This document shows positions 1-11,616 of a DNA stretch of 64,000 nt, in pieces (positions within the stretch are counted from its first letter, which is position 1; each line of letters starts with the position of its first letter). A model generated the notes under the pieces. It ran no database searches and had not been told where the DNA came from. It worked only from the letters and a program-made list of their open reading frames with translations. Made by a program: the position numbers and the translations under genes. This DNA comes from Tricharina praecox (lineage: Eukaryota): the NCBI RefSeq assembly GCF_024521635.1, contig NW_026250425.1:434001-498000 (forward strand), written 5' to 3'.

Positions 1-27
1 TTCCGGTCGTATCTCGGCCATGAAATC

Positions 28-2686
28 ATGTGGATAGTCACCACCGCTGCCTTGGCAGTCCTTACCATCCGGCGGTATGTGCTTGCCGGTCATCGAAACG
101 GAAACACCAGGTCTGAGGGAGAGACTGCCCCGAGCATGCCGGTGGTGGAGAACGAACCGGTGACAAATGACGACGAAGAGAAGAAGGAGGAGGCGTTTGA
201 GAAGTTCCTGAAACGGCACATCTGCTTGCCGGATTACGAAGAGATCGTCAGGAGGGTCTTGAGAGAAAATGAAGCCCAGAAGAGGGAGGACGCTCGGAAG
301 AAGTCTCAGATGCTTCTGCTCCAGCAGGAGAAACGCTCGGAAGAAATCGAGGAGAGAAAGAAGAAGCTGGTGAAAGTAGAGACGATCAGAGCAACCTCCA
401 CGAAAGTCTCGAGCGGGTTCGAGGAAGAGAAGGAGGCCCAAGAGAATTTTGAGATAGAGATGGCCAAAAAAAGGAATATGCATAATGTGGTCGAGGTGTG
501 GAGTAGAAGAACCTTGGCTACGAAAGAGGTGGGGGGAGAGGAGAGGGAGAGGCTTTTGAAGAATATCGTGGCCGACAAGTGGAAACTGAAACTCGCCGAG
601 AAAAAGAAGATTGAGGAGAACAACAAGATGCTGATCGAGAAACAAAAGGCCGCCGAGGAAGAGAAGGTAAACAAGAGAAGGGTACACGTCCAGGTGGCGG
701 CCAATAAGTGGATGATCAAAACGGCGGAACGCAAGCAGGCGGAGGACAAGATAGATGTTGAAATCGCGTCAAGGGCCGCCGAGGAACAGAGAACGAGGGA
801 AAGGGTGGTAGTAGAGCTGGATGTAGCCGAAGAGAGGAATAAGAGAAGACAACGTGAATGGGTTGAGGAAGAGCGAAAAAAGGAGTGGGCGAGAATTGCG
901 AGTCAGGGTAGAGAGGTTTGTCGATCCTCTCAATTGCGTCCTTTCTGGTGATCAATTGTTAACCTTTGTGCAGGACAAGTCCGGGGATACCAAACGCACT
1001 CAGCCACAGTCTGATGGAAAACAAACGGTCCTTACGGTCGAGCAAGCAATGGAGCCTTGCAAGCAGCTTGGAGAAGGGCAACTCCTATCGAAGCTCAACA
1101 TCGCGCTACATACTCAACACAGCGTCAACACGATCGAGGGTCTTACGGAAGCCCTTCGTTATTGCATTTCCCACGATTACGACTTCGGTACAGCATATGC
1201 CCTACTCCGGAATGGTTGGGAACGGCTCGGCGATGCGCATAGCAGCTTGACGGATAGACTCGCGGTCGAAGAGATCGATAACCGGAGACGAAAAGGGGAC
1301 AGGGACATGCTGAAAAGCGATGAAGACGGCCACCTTGCCATCATCGACCCAGTCACGGTTAAACCGAGAAGGATCTGGGATCTTTTGGCGCATCGGGTGG
1401 TTCCATACGACTCGGTTGACGCTTTTAAGACCAAGAAGCCATGGGCCATATCACATAGCTGGGTGGCCGACATAGAGACGGTGATGACGTCGGTCAACGG
1501 ATTCGAGTGGCCGGTACCCCTACCCAAGGACGTAACTCTCGAAGCCGTTCGAGACGAACTGTTGGATGCCGGCGCCGAGTACTGCTGGCTCGACATTCTT
1601 TGCCTGAGACAGGTATCCGATTCCAAATCATTCGAGCATCTACGGAGTTTGGAATGGGAGATCGACGTGCCGACCATTGGAAACGCGTACTTGGGAAACG
1701 GCAAGGTGGTTCGATATTACAACGGTCTCGGGAGGCCGTTTGAAACTTCTGGATGGGGCGACGTTCACCACTGGTCAAACCGCGCATGGACTCTCCAAGA
1801 GTTCAAAAGCGAGTCTATTGTCGGAGGGGTGGCTAATCCGGCGGGACTTCCTACACGCAAGATCGCCGATGGCCGATTCAGTGGCCAGTCGATGAAACAA
1901 TACGAAGCCCATTGGGACAGCATCTCGAAGCTCTTGGAGTACCGGACGCCCACTACTCCCCACAGCGGTCTCAATGAAAACCCAAATCGGGCAATCAGAA
2001 CCACCTGTTGTGGTTTTTTCGGGCTGCTCAAGGAAATGCGGGAACGCTATGCTAGCAACGAGGTCGACAAAGTTGCTGGGATCGGCTTCCTCATGTTGCC
2101 CGCGTCGCTGCCAGCATTCTCAGAGCGCACCACGCCCGAAGAAGCATGGACTCGCTGTGTTCATCACATGAGTTCAGCGATGAGGGACGAGCTTCTGTTC
2201 CGGTTCCCCGCTCCCGGAGATGGAGGTCACTCGTGGTTTCCATCGTGGAAGCAGATTCAGGACAAAAGGTACGTGCTGCCCGAAGACCGCCCGGGAAGCT
2301 TGGACGATATTAGTGATCGGCGCTCGGGCTTGACAAACCATGTGCGTCGTTCCGCCACCAGTTACACGTATTTCGGACATCTCATCGAGAAAGGCCATCT
2401 CGTGGCGCAGCCGACCGGCGATAGGATCGATGGTCCGAGACGGTGGGCCGTGACGGTGGAGCACGGTGGACGGAAATTGAAATTTTTCGTTTCTGCGAGA
2501 CACCATGTTGAAATTCCTGATGGCGAATACTCGCTGGTGGGCCGGGTCGGTTCCAAAGACTTCATCGTGTGTCGGTATGATGAGACCGCAACTGTCCCCG
2601 GGCTGCAGAAGGTTTCTGTCGTATCGATGGATAGCGACAAGGTTGACCAGTCAATCTTGTTGAACAAGCCGTGCAGATTCGTGTAG
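28..2686 (+). CDS. HET-domain (heterokaryon incompatibility-type) protein with N-terminal hydrophobic segment and E/K/R-rich coiled coil; exons 28-915 and 974-2686 (~866 aa; frame is open back to base 1, so it may start upstream of the window)
   Basis: ORFs 28..951 and 854..2686 are joined in frame by a 58-nt intron 916-973 (GTTTGT...TTAAC...TGCAG), giving ...SQGRE|DKSG.... HET motifs: PRRIWDL, AISHSW, YCWLDILCLRQ, DVPTIGNAY, WSNRAWTLQE. Confidence 0.85.
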
Positions 2687-4565
2687 TGAACGATACGGGA
2701 ATTCCTTTCTATTTGCATGTGTTTTCTTTTCTCACCTTTGTCACGACGATCTTGAGAGGTGGAGTCACTTTATGTATGGACGTTCTATTTGGGTTCCTTC
2801 TGGTTGTTAAGCGTGCTTACATAAGTTGTGCTTTTCCTTTTCTGTTTGAGCTAGATCGAATGCAATATAGAGTACATAGAGTTCCGCAACCGACGTCCCA
2901 GCTCCTCGATGCTCGAGCTGGTTAGAGATGGGATGATATGGGCTGCAGACAGGATTAGGAAGCGTGCATGTACATATACCGCCATAGTCTAGATACAGTG
3001 CTGCACGTATGAATCAAGAAATAACAAGCCAGATCGCACTGGACATCTGGGCCCGGGAATATTTCCACTCCGGCCGCCCGGCGCCATCTCGTCTCAGTGC
3101 ATGCAAACATGCCAACACGGCTAAAAAACTGTCCGTCCTCCACCACCATACTCGGTAGTAGGTATATGCTTTCCCCGCGTTTCGGCACCACATGTGAGTT
3201 CTTGATGATCACTGGTAGGTTTCCGCGGGATCCGGGGGTGCCGCAGGTATGTAACGTCTGTGCGCTGCGTGAAGAATCCAGGATGAAGCCCGAGCTCTAT
3301 GTATATACTACCTACCGTACTACCTGCCAGGTAGGTAGTATACTCCACCGGTAACTGTACCATACCTACCATGCCTTACCAATACCAATACTGAAACCGT
3401 AGCACATACATACCTCCCACTCCCGGAGTACAAACCTAGCACTTATTCTGGGAACTTCCCACCGGAGGTTATTTAGAAGTTGGAACGCTCATGTTCTTGC
3501 GCTTCTTCGTGGCGGGAATGGATGCACTGCTTTTGGGAACTTGGGAAGTTGGGATAGCGGTGTCAGACGTTTATTTGGGCTGTATGTGCGTAACTACTAC
3601 CTAGGAGGTGGGTAATCTATCTGGAGTTCCGTGGCCAGGGGGGTGGGTTGTAGAGTATGTATGTTCACACCTGATGTTGATATGCAGGATTGATCATTGG
3701 TTGGAACTTGGCGTGCTCGCTGGAATGGTGGGATTGCTCTGTGAAGTCCGTGTACTCCACGACACTCTACGATATACGATACTCTGCTATGCACTGCACT
3801 GCACCGCTCTGCTCTGCTGGTACACAAGCGAGCACAAACAACTTCGAATTCGTATCTCCAGACTCCCGTGCCGTCAACTGCTGGTGGTTTGTGGGTTGCG
3901 GGTCAATGGTGGGATACTGGTGCCGGTAGATAAATCTCAGAAATCCCAGAATCCCAGACCACATGTCTACCCCTCCCTCCCTCCCTCCCTCCCTCCCTTC
4001 CTCGGTTTGGTCGATGAAGGACAACCAACTAGCCTCCCCGACGTCTCAGTTACAAGAGTGCAGAAGTGCAGGAGTGCAGAAGCCAGGTGCCAGGTGCCAG
4101 GCCGGTGGGGTGGTGTGACGGAGATGCGCGCGCTGGCTGGCGCATGCTGTGTAGAGTACTCCACATATATACTCACTCTGGTTAGCACCATTATACCATG
4201 TCATACAACAGTACCCCGGATCGCGTGCTAGCCGAGTTGCGGTTACAGTTAGCTACTACTACTATATAGACGCCACCGGTATTCCCGGATCCGAATGCTG
4301 CGGCCACGAATCGACAGAGTGTAACAAATACTTACCTGGTAGTAGGTGGAGTAACTATGGATGGGGACGAAACGTAACCCACTAACTATGATGGACGGCT
4401 GTTAATCTATGTACTCGGATTTATGGCGGCAACGGGAATCACTAGTTACCTACCGATAGTGTGACAATCCTGAATCCTGGCCGTCGGTAGTAACGGTGCA
4501 TGTAGCGCTGGTGATGGGGGCTCGAGGGGTAGTGGGGAGGGGGGAGGGGGGAGGGGGGGAGCTCG

Positions 4566-4577
4566 TATATATATAAG
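4566..4577 (+). promoter_or_regulatory. TATA-like element upstream of the P450
   Basis: TATATATATAAG about 100 nt upstream of ATG 4677. Confidence 0.5.
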
Positions 4578-4676
4578 GGCATTTCGCACCACCGAGAAAG
4601 CTCACCGGGCCCTGTCGTGAAAAATATATATATACGGTATATACTTACATAAGTACGGATATCTGTCGATATCGAT

Positions 4677-6604
4677 ATGCTGCTCTCTACTCTTCCAGGG
4701 CTGGCGTTGGCCCTCACCCTCGCCGGGATCCTGACCTTTGCGTATGCGCGCATCGTCGAGAGCAGGAAGATCATGAAGCTTGGGAAGCGCGGGAAGAGTG
4801 TTAACGGTTCATGGTTCGGTATGGCACTCCGCCCCCACCCTCGCGTTGGCTAGAGTAAATGCTGATTCCTCTGGATAGGTATCTCCGAGACGTTGGAGTC
4901 GTTTAGGTATGCGAAGAAAAATATGAATAGAGAGTTTTGGGAGATGAGGTTCAGGCAGCTGGGATCGCATACGCTGGAGACGCAGATACTGTGGAAGAGG
5001 GTCATCTTGACGGCAGATCCCGAGAATATCAAGGCCGTGCTCGCAACGCATTTTCACGATTTTGGTGGGTATTGCTGAGCTTTTTTTCTCTTCCTCTCTC
5101 TTGTGAAGCTCCGCTGATGATGGCTTGCAGGCAAGGGAGAGAGCTTGTGAGTGTCCACTGGCCGCCCACTGATACGATTCGCGGGGGTTAACGGCAGCAT
5201 GTGACTTCCCAGCCACTCGCAGTGGCAAGATTTCCTAGGCGACAGTATCTTCACCACGGACGGCAAGGAATGGTCTGCGTCACGACACCTGATCCGTCCG
5301 CAATTCGTGCGGGACCGGGTGTCGGATCTGCACATATTCGAGCGGCACATCCAGCGGATGATGTCGGTGATCCCTCGCGACGGGTCGACGATCAACATCG
5401 CGGACCTGCTGTACAAAGTAACTCTCGACTCGGCCACCGACTTCCTGCTCGGCGAGAGTGTAAACTCCATCGAACACGGGAGCCACGCCTTCGCCCTGGC
5501 GTTTCAGCAGATCCAGGAGCACATGAATAACGTCTCCCGTGCGGGACCGCTAAGACACTTCTTGAAGACTAAGCAGTTCAAGGAGAATCTGAAGATTTTG
5601 AATAATTTCGTTGAACCGTTCGTAGAGAAGACGCTGCATATGAGGCCGGAGGAGCTTAAGGGAAAGAGCGAGAGTGACTATAATTTCCTCCATGCTCTCG
5701 CGGAATTTACGCGGGATCCCAAGATGCTCAGGGACCAGCTGGTCGCTGTGTTGTTGGCTGCGAGGGTATATTCCAATCCATTTCAATATTATGTGGTTGT
5801 GGTGGTTGATATCCGGAGCAGGATACTACGGCCGGGACTTTGGCCTGGGCGCTATACGAACTCGCCAAACGCCCAGAGTGCGTGGAGCGCCTTAGAAGGG
5901 AGATCCTCGATACTGTCGGACCGGCCGGACCACCCACCTACTCGGATCTGAAGGGAATGAAGTATCTCCAACACGTCATCAACGAGACATTGAGATTGTA
6001 TCCTGCCGGTGGGTACTCCCGCAACAAATTACGACAAAAGAGATACTGATCCTTGTAGTCCCGTTCAATGTCAGAGTCTCACTTACAGATACAACTCTTC
6101 CCACGGGTGGTGGACCGGACGGACTTGAAGTACGACTCTGTTCCCAGCCGCTTCCTATTTCATCGATGCTGATGATGTTCGCCTCCAGCCCATAGGTGTA
6201 GTCGCCGGAACGCCAATCGCATACTCCGCCCTAGTCATGCAACGCCGTACGGACATCTTCGGCCCGGACGTCGCCGAGTTCAAGCCCGAGCGCTGGGATT
6301 CATGGTCGCCAAAGGCGTGGCGCTACATCCCGTTCAACGGTGGCCCGAGGATCTGTATCGGCCAGCAGTTCGCATTGACGGAGATGGGATACATCCTCTG
6401 CCGGTATGTTGCGTTTCAATGAATGGTTGCGAGCGAGCAAGCGAGCGATCAAGTTGACTGACCCGACCGTTTTTGGCTAGACTCTTTCAGAGATTCGAGA
6501 AGGTGGAGGATAGAAGCACCCAGAAGCAGTTTGAGCGGTGCGAGGTGACCATCAGTCCCGGAGCGGGAGTCAAGGTTGCGTTCACTCCTGCCGTGAACTT
6601 TTGA
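4677..6604 (+). CDS. Cytochrome P450, CYP52 clan (alkane/fatty-acid hydroxylase-like); 8 exons
   Basis: N-terminal anchor MLLSTLPGLALALTLAG; GDSIFTTDGKEWSASR; I-helix AARDTT; ETLR; PERW; heme motif FNGGPRICIG. Introns about 4819-4878, 5065-5130, 5147-5212, 5766-5821, 6009-6057, 6130-6188, 6404-6480; stop TGA 6602-6604. Confidence 0.92.
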
Positions 6605-7387
6605 GGGCTTAAGGTGGCAGACGGATCTGTGGGATTGTTTTTTCGAATGTGTATCCCTTAATTTGGTTGCATATGATGATGACATGATGTATTTATGCTC
6701 GGGATGAAGATTCTCCCCTCTACCTACGCGTGTACTCTACGTCCAGAGTTCTTTGAGCACCGGTCACCGACCGTCTGGTGTTGCGGTGACCTGCTCGTCT
6801 CGTCAAAGGAGCGCCATCTCGAGTCAGATATTCATGAGATCTCACTCGTCACCACTTGAAACCCCATAAACCGATGAGGGCTACACGTGATCAAGCAATT
6901 AGATAAGTGGGCTCTGATGACTCCTCACGCCGTGATCAACCGTGAATGCTGCCCCTCTGCTCGAGCCCTAGAAGTTCGTGCCTTCCGTGCTGAATCTATG
7001 CATGTAATTTTCTCCAGTCGGCTAGTGCGTTTGTCAGCAGTTTAAATGGGAGCTTGATCGCCTCGTCGTATCTTGTGTTTGTATCGATTGTATCTTGTGT
7101 TTGTGTTTGTTGTCTCCTATATCAACTTGAATAGCCTCACGCTCACAGACGCCGTTGAACGTGGAAAGTCTTGGCTTTCACTAGTGCGGCTGACTGACAT
7201 CTTGAACTTGGTTTAGCAACCTTCCTCCTCCTCCTCTTCGCTACTTACGTCGTACCTATTCCACCTTCCCTACCACTTCTTCTCTTTCTACTGCGGCAAC
7301 CAACCAACTCCCGTAACTACTCCGACACCACAACACCTTCTCTGCTGCAGCGTCCGACCGACCAACCACATAACCTCTCTTCCATCC

Positions 7388-7436
7388 CTCCTCCTCCTCC
7401 TCCTCCTCCTCCTCCTCCTCCTCCTCCTCCTCCTCC
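7388..7436 (+). repeat. (TCC)n microsatellite in the NAB2 upstream/5' leader
   Basis: about 16 tandem TCC units. Confidence 0.9.
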
Positions 7437-7775
7437 CCTCTAACCACACGACACCCACCATTCTATTACCACAACCGACAACCACGCACCGACTCTGACA
7501 AACACGCAACACATTTCTACTTCCCCGCCAGTTTTTCTTAACAGCAGCAGACAGTGTCGCGTCGCTTCAAAGAGCCGCACCTGCCTGCTTGCTTTTTTGC
7601 CTCCCGAACAACCACTTCATCCGGCTGGAACCCTTGTGACAGACAACACCGCCTCCTCCTCTCACATTCTACCGCGCCCGATAATCACCAACAAAAAGCC
7701 TATTCACCCTCGCAACTCTCTACTTCCCTCACATACACCCACCCTCACCACTTAAACACCATACACTACAACACA

Positions 7776-9515
7776 ATGAAGCTCGTACTAAATACTCCGT
7801 TCTCGGATGCGTTCACCAAGCACATCCAGATGCAGATCGCCGAGGTCGGTTGGGCGAACGGTGACGAGAAGTCGCCCCTTGGAGAGTACATTTGCCTTAT
7901 GATCGCCAACGGAAAAGACGAGGAGCAGATCGCGGCGGAGTTGTCGACCGACTTGGTTTCTCCGGTACCCGGCGGCGCGACACCGGCTTCATTCGCGCAG
8001 TGGGTCTTTGCCGAACTGGACAGGCTGCTGAAGAGAGAGGAGGAAGAGGGTCAAGGTGCCAAGGCGGATGACAGCGCAACATACGGAAACGAAGATGCTG
8101 ATATGATGGATATGGGAGAGCCGACTGAGGAGGGAGTGTATGTTCACCTTCGCCCCCCCTTGTCTTCCTGCGGAGAAGCGCGTGCTGACAACTGTTGTAG
8201 ACCTACAGCGCCGAAGGCGATGCGACAACCCAATCCCCGGCGGATGATGAGCCAGATCAACAAGTCGATGGAGAGGAAAATAGACGACCCTCTGCACCGG
8301 GTGCGGCCGAACCAAGAGAAGTTCAAGAATCAGCAGCCTCCAAAGGGCCCCGGCGGTATACGTCAGAACGGCTTCCGCCACAACAATAATAACGGTCCAA
8401 TGCACAATGGCGGACATATGAACCACAGGGGAGGAATGCACCAGAACCGTATGAACGGTGGCCGTCCATTCAATGGTCCGAATCCCAGCATGCTTGCGAA
8501 TCTCACCCCTCAGCAGCAGATGGCGTTCTACCAGATGTACCAGCAGCAATCGCAGATCATTGCTCCCTTCGCGAACGGTCCCGGCCCCGTCAATGCCCCT
8601 CCATTCCCTCAAGGCCAGATGGGTGGACCGCAACACCGCAATAACCACAACCATAACCACACCCACAACCGTAACATGCCGCCCATGCGAGTGAACGAAG
8701 ATGCGTATTCCAACAATTTTTCACAGCCGCACCGCGTTGGTGGAGGACCTGGTGGTGGTGGCGGCGGTGGTCCGAATAGTGGTGGCAGCCTTTTCGAGAG
8801 GATTCAGTCGCCACCTGATCTCAGCACCGAGGGCGAGATGGAGATGCACGACGGTCCGGAGGAGGGTGGCAAGGCCGAAAAGTTAGAGGAAGTGCCTTGC
8901 AAGTTCGGAACGGGATGCACCAAGGTGGAGTGTGCGTTCGGACATCCGACTCCCGCACAGCTCGGCGGCAAACTCACCCACTACGTCAGTGGCGAGAAGT
9001 GTCCATTTGGAATCGCGTGCAAGAACAGGAAGTGCACCGGATCGCACCCATCTCCCGCTTCGTTGTCCAGCTTCCATGCTCGGCCCAAGCAGATTGAGCA
9101 GGACTGCAAGTTCTTCCCCAACTGCACCAACCCCGTGTGCCCCTTCAAGCAGTATGTAACCTCTTGAATGATTGATTGCGTGTGGATTTGCTGACGATAG
9201 GTTTCTAGTCCCGCTATGCCGATGTGCCGTAATGGAGCCAGCTGCACCCGGCCGGACTGTCACTTCACCCATAACGAGACGGCCTGCAAGTTCAAGCCCT
9301 GCTTGAATCCGAGCTGCATCTACAAACACGAGGAGGGACAGCAACAGGCTCCCACTCCCGGAGAGAACCCGTTCGGCAACAAGGTCTGGACCGCTAAGGG
9401 ACGCGGCGAGCACGTCAGCGAGAGGAAGTTCGTGACCGGAGACGACTACACCGAGGAGTTGATTATCCCGGGTGGCGGCGACCACGAGGATATCGCTCCG
9501 CTCGATGCCGAGTAA
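7776..9515 (+). CDS. NAB2: Nuclear polyadenylated RNA-binding protein Nab2 (PWI-like N-terminus, low-complexity middle, tandem CCCH zinc fingers)
   Basis: LGEYICLMIANGKDEEQIAAEL N-terminal domain; repeated CX5CX4H fingers (CKFGTGCTKVECAFGH, CPFGIACKNRKCTGSH, CKFFPNCTNPVCPFKH, CRNGASCTRPDCHFTH); HVSERKF tail; introns about 8137-8200 and 9152-9208. Confidence 0.88.
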
Positions 9516-10205
9516 GTGATACCAACTCACTTCCGGCGACCACCAGAGGCCTGGTAGGTTTGTTGCGATGAGTTACTGTAATGAGATGAGAATGAGTTTT
9601 GCTATGATAATTTTACCCCTGGCTTGTTGATTTTGTTAAGGCATGCTTTCTTGGGAGGCTTTTTTTACTCGAGTGAAGGGGGAGATTCCGCATATTCTGC
9701 AGTTGAGTATATTCGCTGGCAGGTCATTTTTTTTTTTTTGCAGTTTGTCTCTTTACTGTATTGAGGAGTTACGTGGTCCTTTTGCATGCATTTTGATGCC
9801 CCCTTTTATATGCATCTACGTTTTCTTCAGTTTAGTTTCATGTGTTCTCTTTATAGACATGGCCTTCTCACTTCACCTCCCCTCCTTCCCCTCTTTCTCT
9901 GTGTATGTGTATCCGAGGAAAGAAGTGGAGAAGGGAGCGGACTGTAAATATTTATTGTTTTGGGCAGGTGATAATGCGGTGCACCTTTTGAATGCTTGAT
10001 GTCACCTTGTGAATAAGTACATGGGATGGGATTAAATGAAATGGGCATGATCCGCAACATGGATCTGAATTGGACAATTGAAGCTGGTTTGCAGGAATAG
10101 CACCGTCATGTGGATTTGTATTATAGGAGTGAAGTAGAATGTCTCGCTCCCAATGTGGTATTCCAACAGAAGGATAGATGTGCAGTATACTAGTATAGAC
10201 TACTC

Positions 10206-11105
10206 TCACGACATATCCATCCGGTCTACGGCGGGCATCACCTGAGAAGGCGGCGCATCACCCAGCTCCACATCGTCGTCCTCCTCTCCTTCCTCCTTCT
10301 CATCGACCACAGGCTGCGGCGTGGCACCCCCGCCAACACCAGGCGTACCCGGTCGCGGCGTGCCCACCACCGGCAGACCCAGTCTCGCCTCGGCCGTGGC
10401 CCCACCCTGTGCGGGAGTCGCGCCACCACTCTTAGTAGCCGCGCCCTCCACCTCCTCGCCCTCCTCCTCCTCTTCACTCATCCCCTCCCTCCTATCCTGC
10501 TCCTCCTTATCCTCCTTGATTTGCGCGCTCATGAGCTCGAGCTGCGTGACGATCTGCTCGAACTGTGCGCGCCTCGCAGCCCACACAACACCGTACTCAT
10601 CGCGCTCCCTCTGGAGCTCCGCAATCTCATCGTTCAGCCGAGCCAGATTCTGCTCCTGCTCAGCGCGGGGCTTGAGCCGCGGCACGGCCTCGAGGATGTC
10701 CGACGCAATCGCATCGTACTCGAGGCGGTGCGCCTTCTCTTGCTGCGACGCGGCAAGCGTCGCCCGCAGCTCCACTAGCGTGTCCCGTGCGCTCGCGGCT
10801 GTCTCCTCGATGTGCGACTTCTCAACGCTGTACCGCGTTATCTCCCGCTGTGTGGTTGCGAGGTGAAGCTGGATACGTGTGATCGCAGAGGAGAAGTACG
10901 CGAAGTCCAGGTCGATCTCGCCGTGGTGTTGGGAGGGTGACGCGGTCTCGGGGAGCGTCTGCAGCGTCGTGTTCCGCTTGTTCAAACGGGTGAAGGGGCG
11001 CGTCTCGAACAGCAGAGGCCGCGACTTGATCAATTCCTCTGCTTCGTTGTTAGCTGGTGGTGCTCATGATGGTGGGAGGAGCAGCGTGCCTTCGTTGATC
11101 GACAT
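10206..11105 (-). CDS. THO complex subunit 7 / Mft1-like protein
   Basis: MSINE|EELIKSRPLLFETRPF, then IDLDFAYF, EYDAIA and coiled coil typical of the THOC7 family; start exon 11105-11090 joined through a GC-AG intron 11089-11039. Confidence 0.8.
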
Positions 11106-11616
11106 TGTTGTGGTATATGTGGTTGTATGTGGTTGTATGTGCTGGTATGTGCTTATATGTGGGGGTGGTGGGTCGAAGAGGGCGTTGTTGGTCGTGAAGA
11201 TGGAGCAGGCGCGGTTGTTTGTTCAGGCTTGAAGATGTTCGACGTGACGATCCTGATGCCTAAGTCAGTCTTTAGTTAGGGCTAGCTCACATCTGTGTAT
11301 TCACTAGTGTTGGTGCCGCTCGTAGTTTCCGACAGGGGTTAAGTTGAATGGGTGCGGGTTCTATGCGACGACAGCCTGACAACCTTCATTCAAACTCACA
11401 ACCTCACCTCCACCATTCAACGTAACTTGCTATTCCGACACCACCTTTGATCTCCACCAGCAATAAACCTCCTTTAAGCTTCACGCTATTTTCTCTATTG
11501 ATATACTCAGATTTCCGCAACCACATCTACGCGATTCCCACGAACTACATACGCGCACCTCAAGCTACTAGTGGTTCCCCCACATCTCCATAGCTTCCTA
11601 CGCAACATCACAAGCT

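Noticed and set aside
4677..6604. P450 as part of a secondary-metabolite cluster
   Set aside because: No PKS, NRPS, terpene synthase, transporter or pathway TF nearby in this window
7554..7775. In-frame GTG-started extension of NAB2
   Set aside because: C/A-rich leader with no recognisable targeting character; ATG 7776 has good context and fits the family N-terminus
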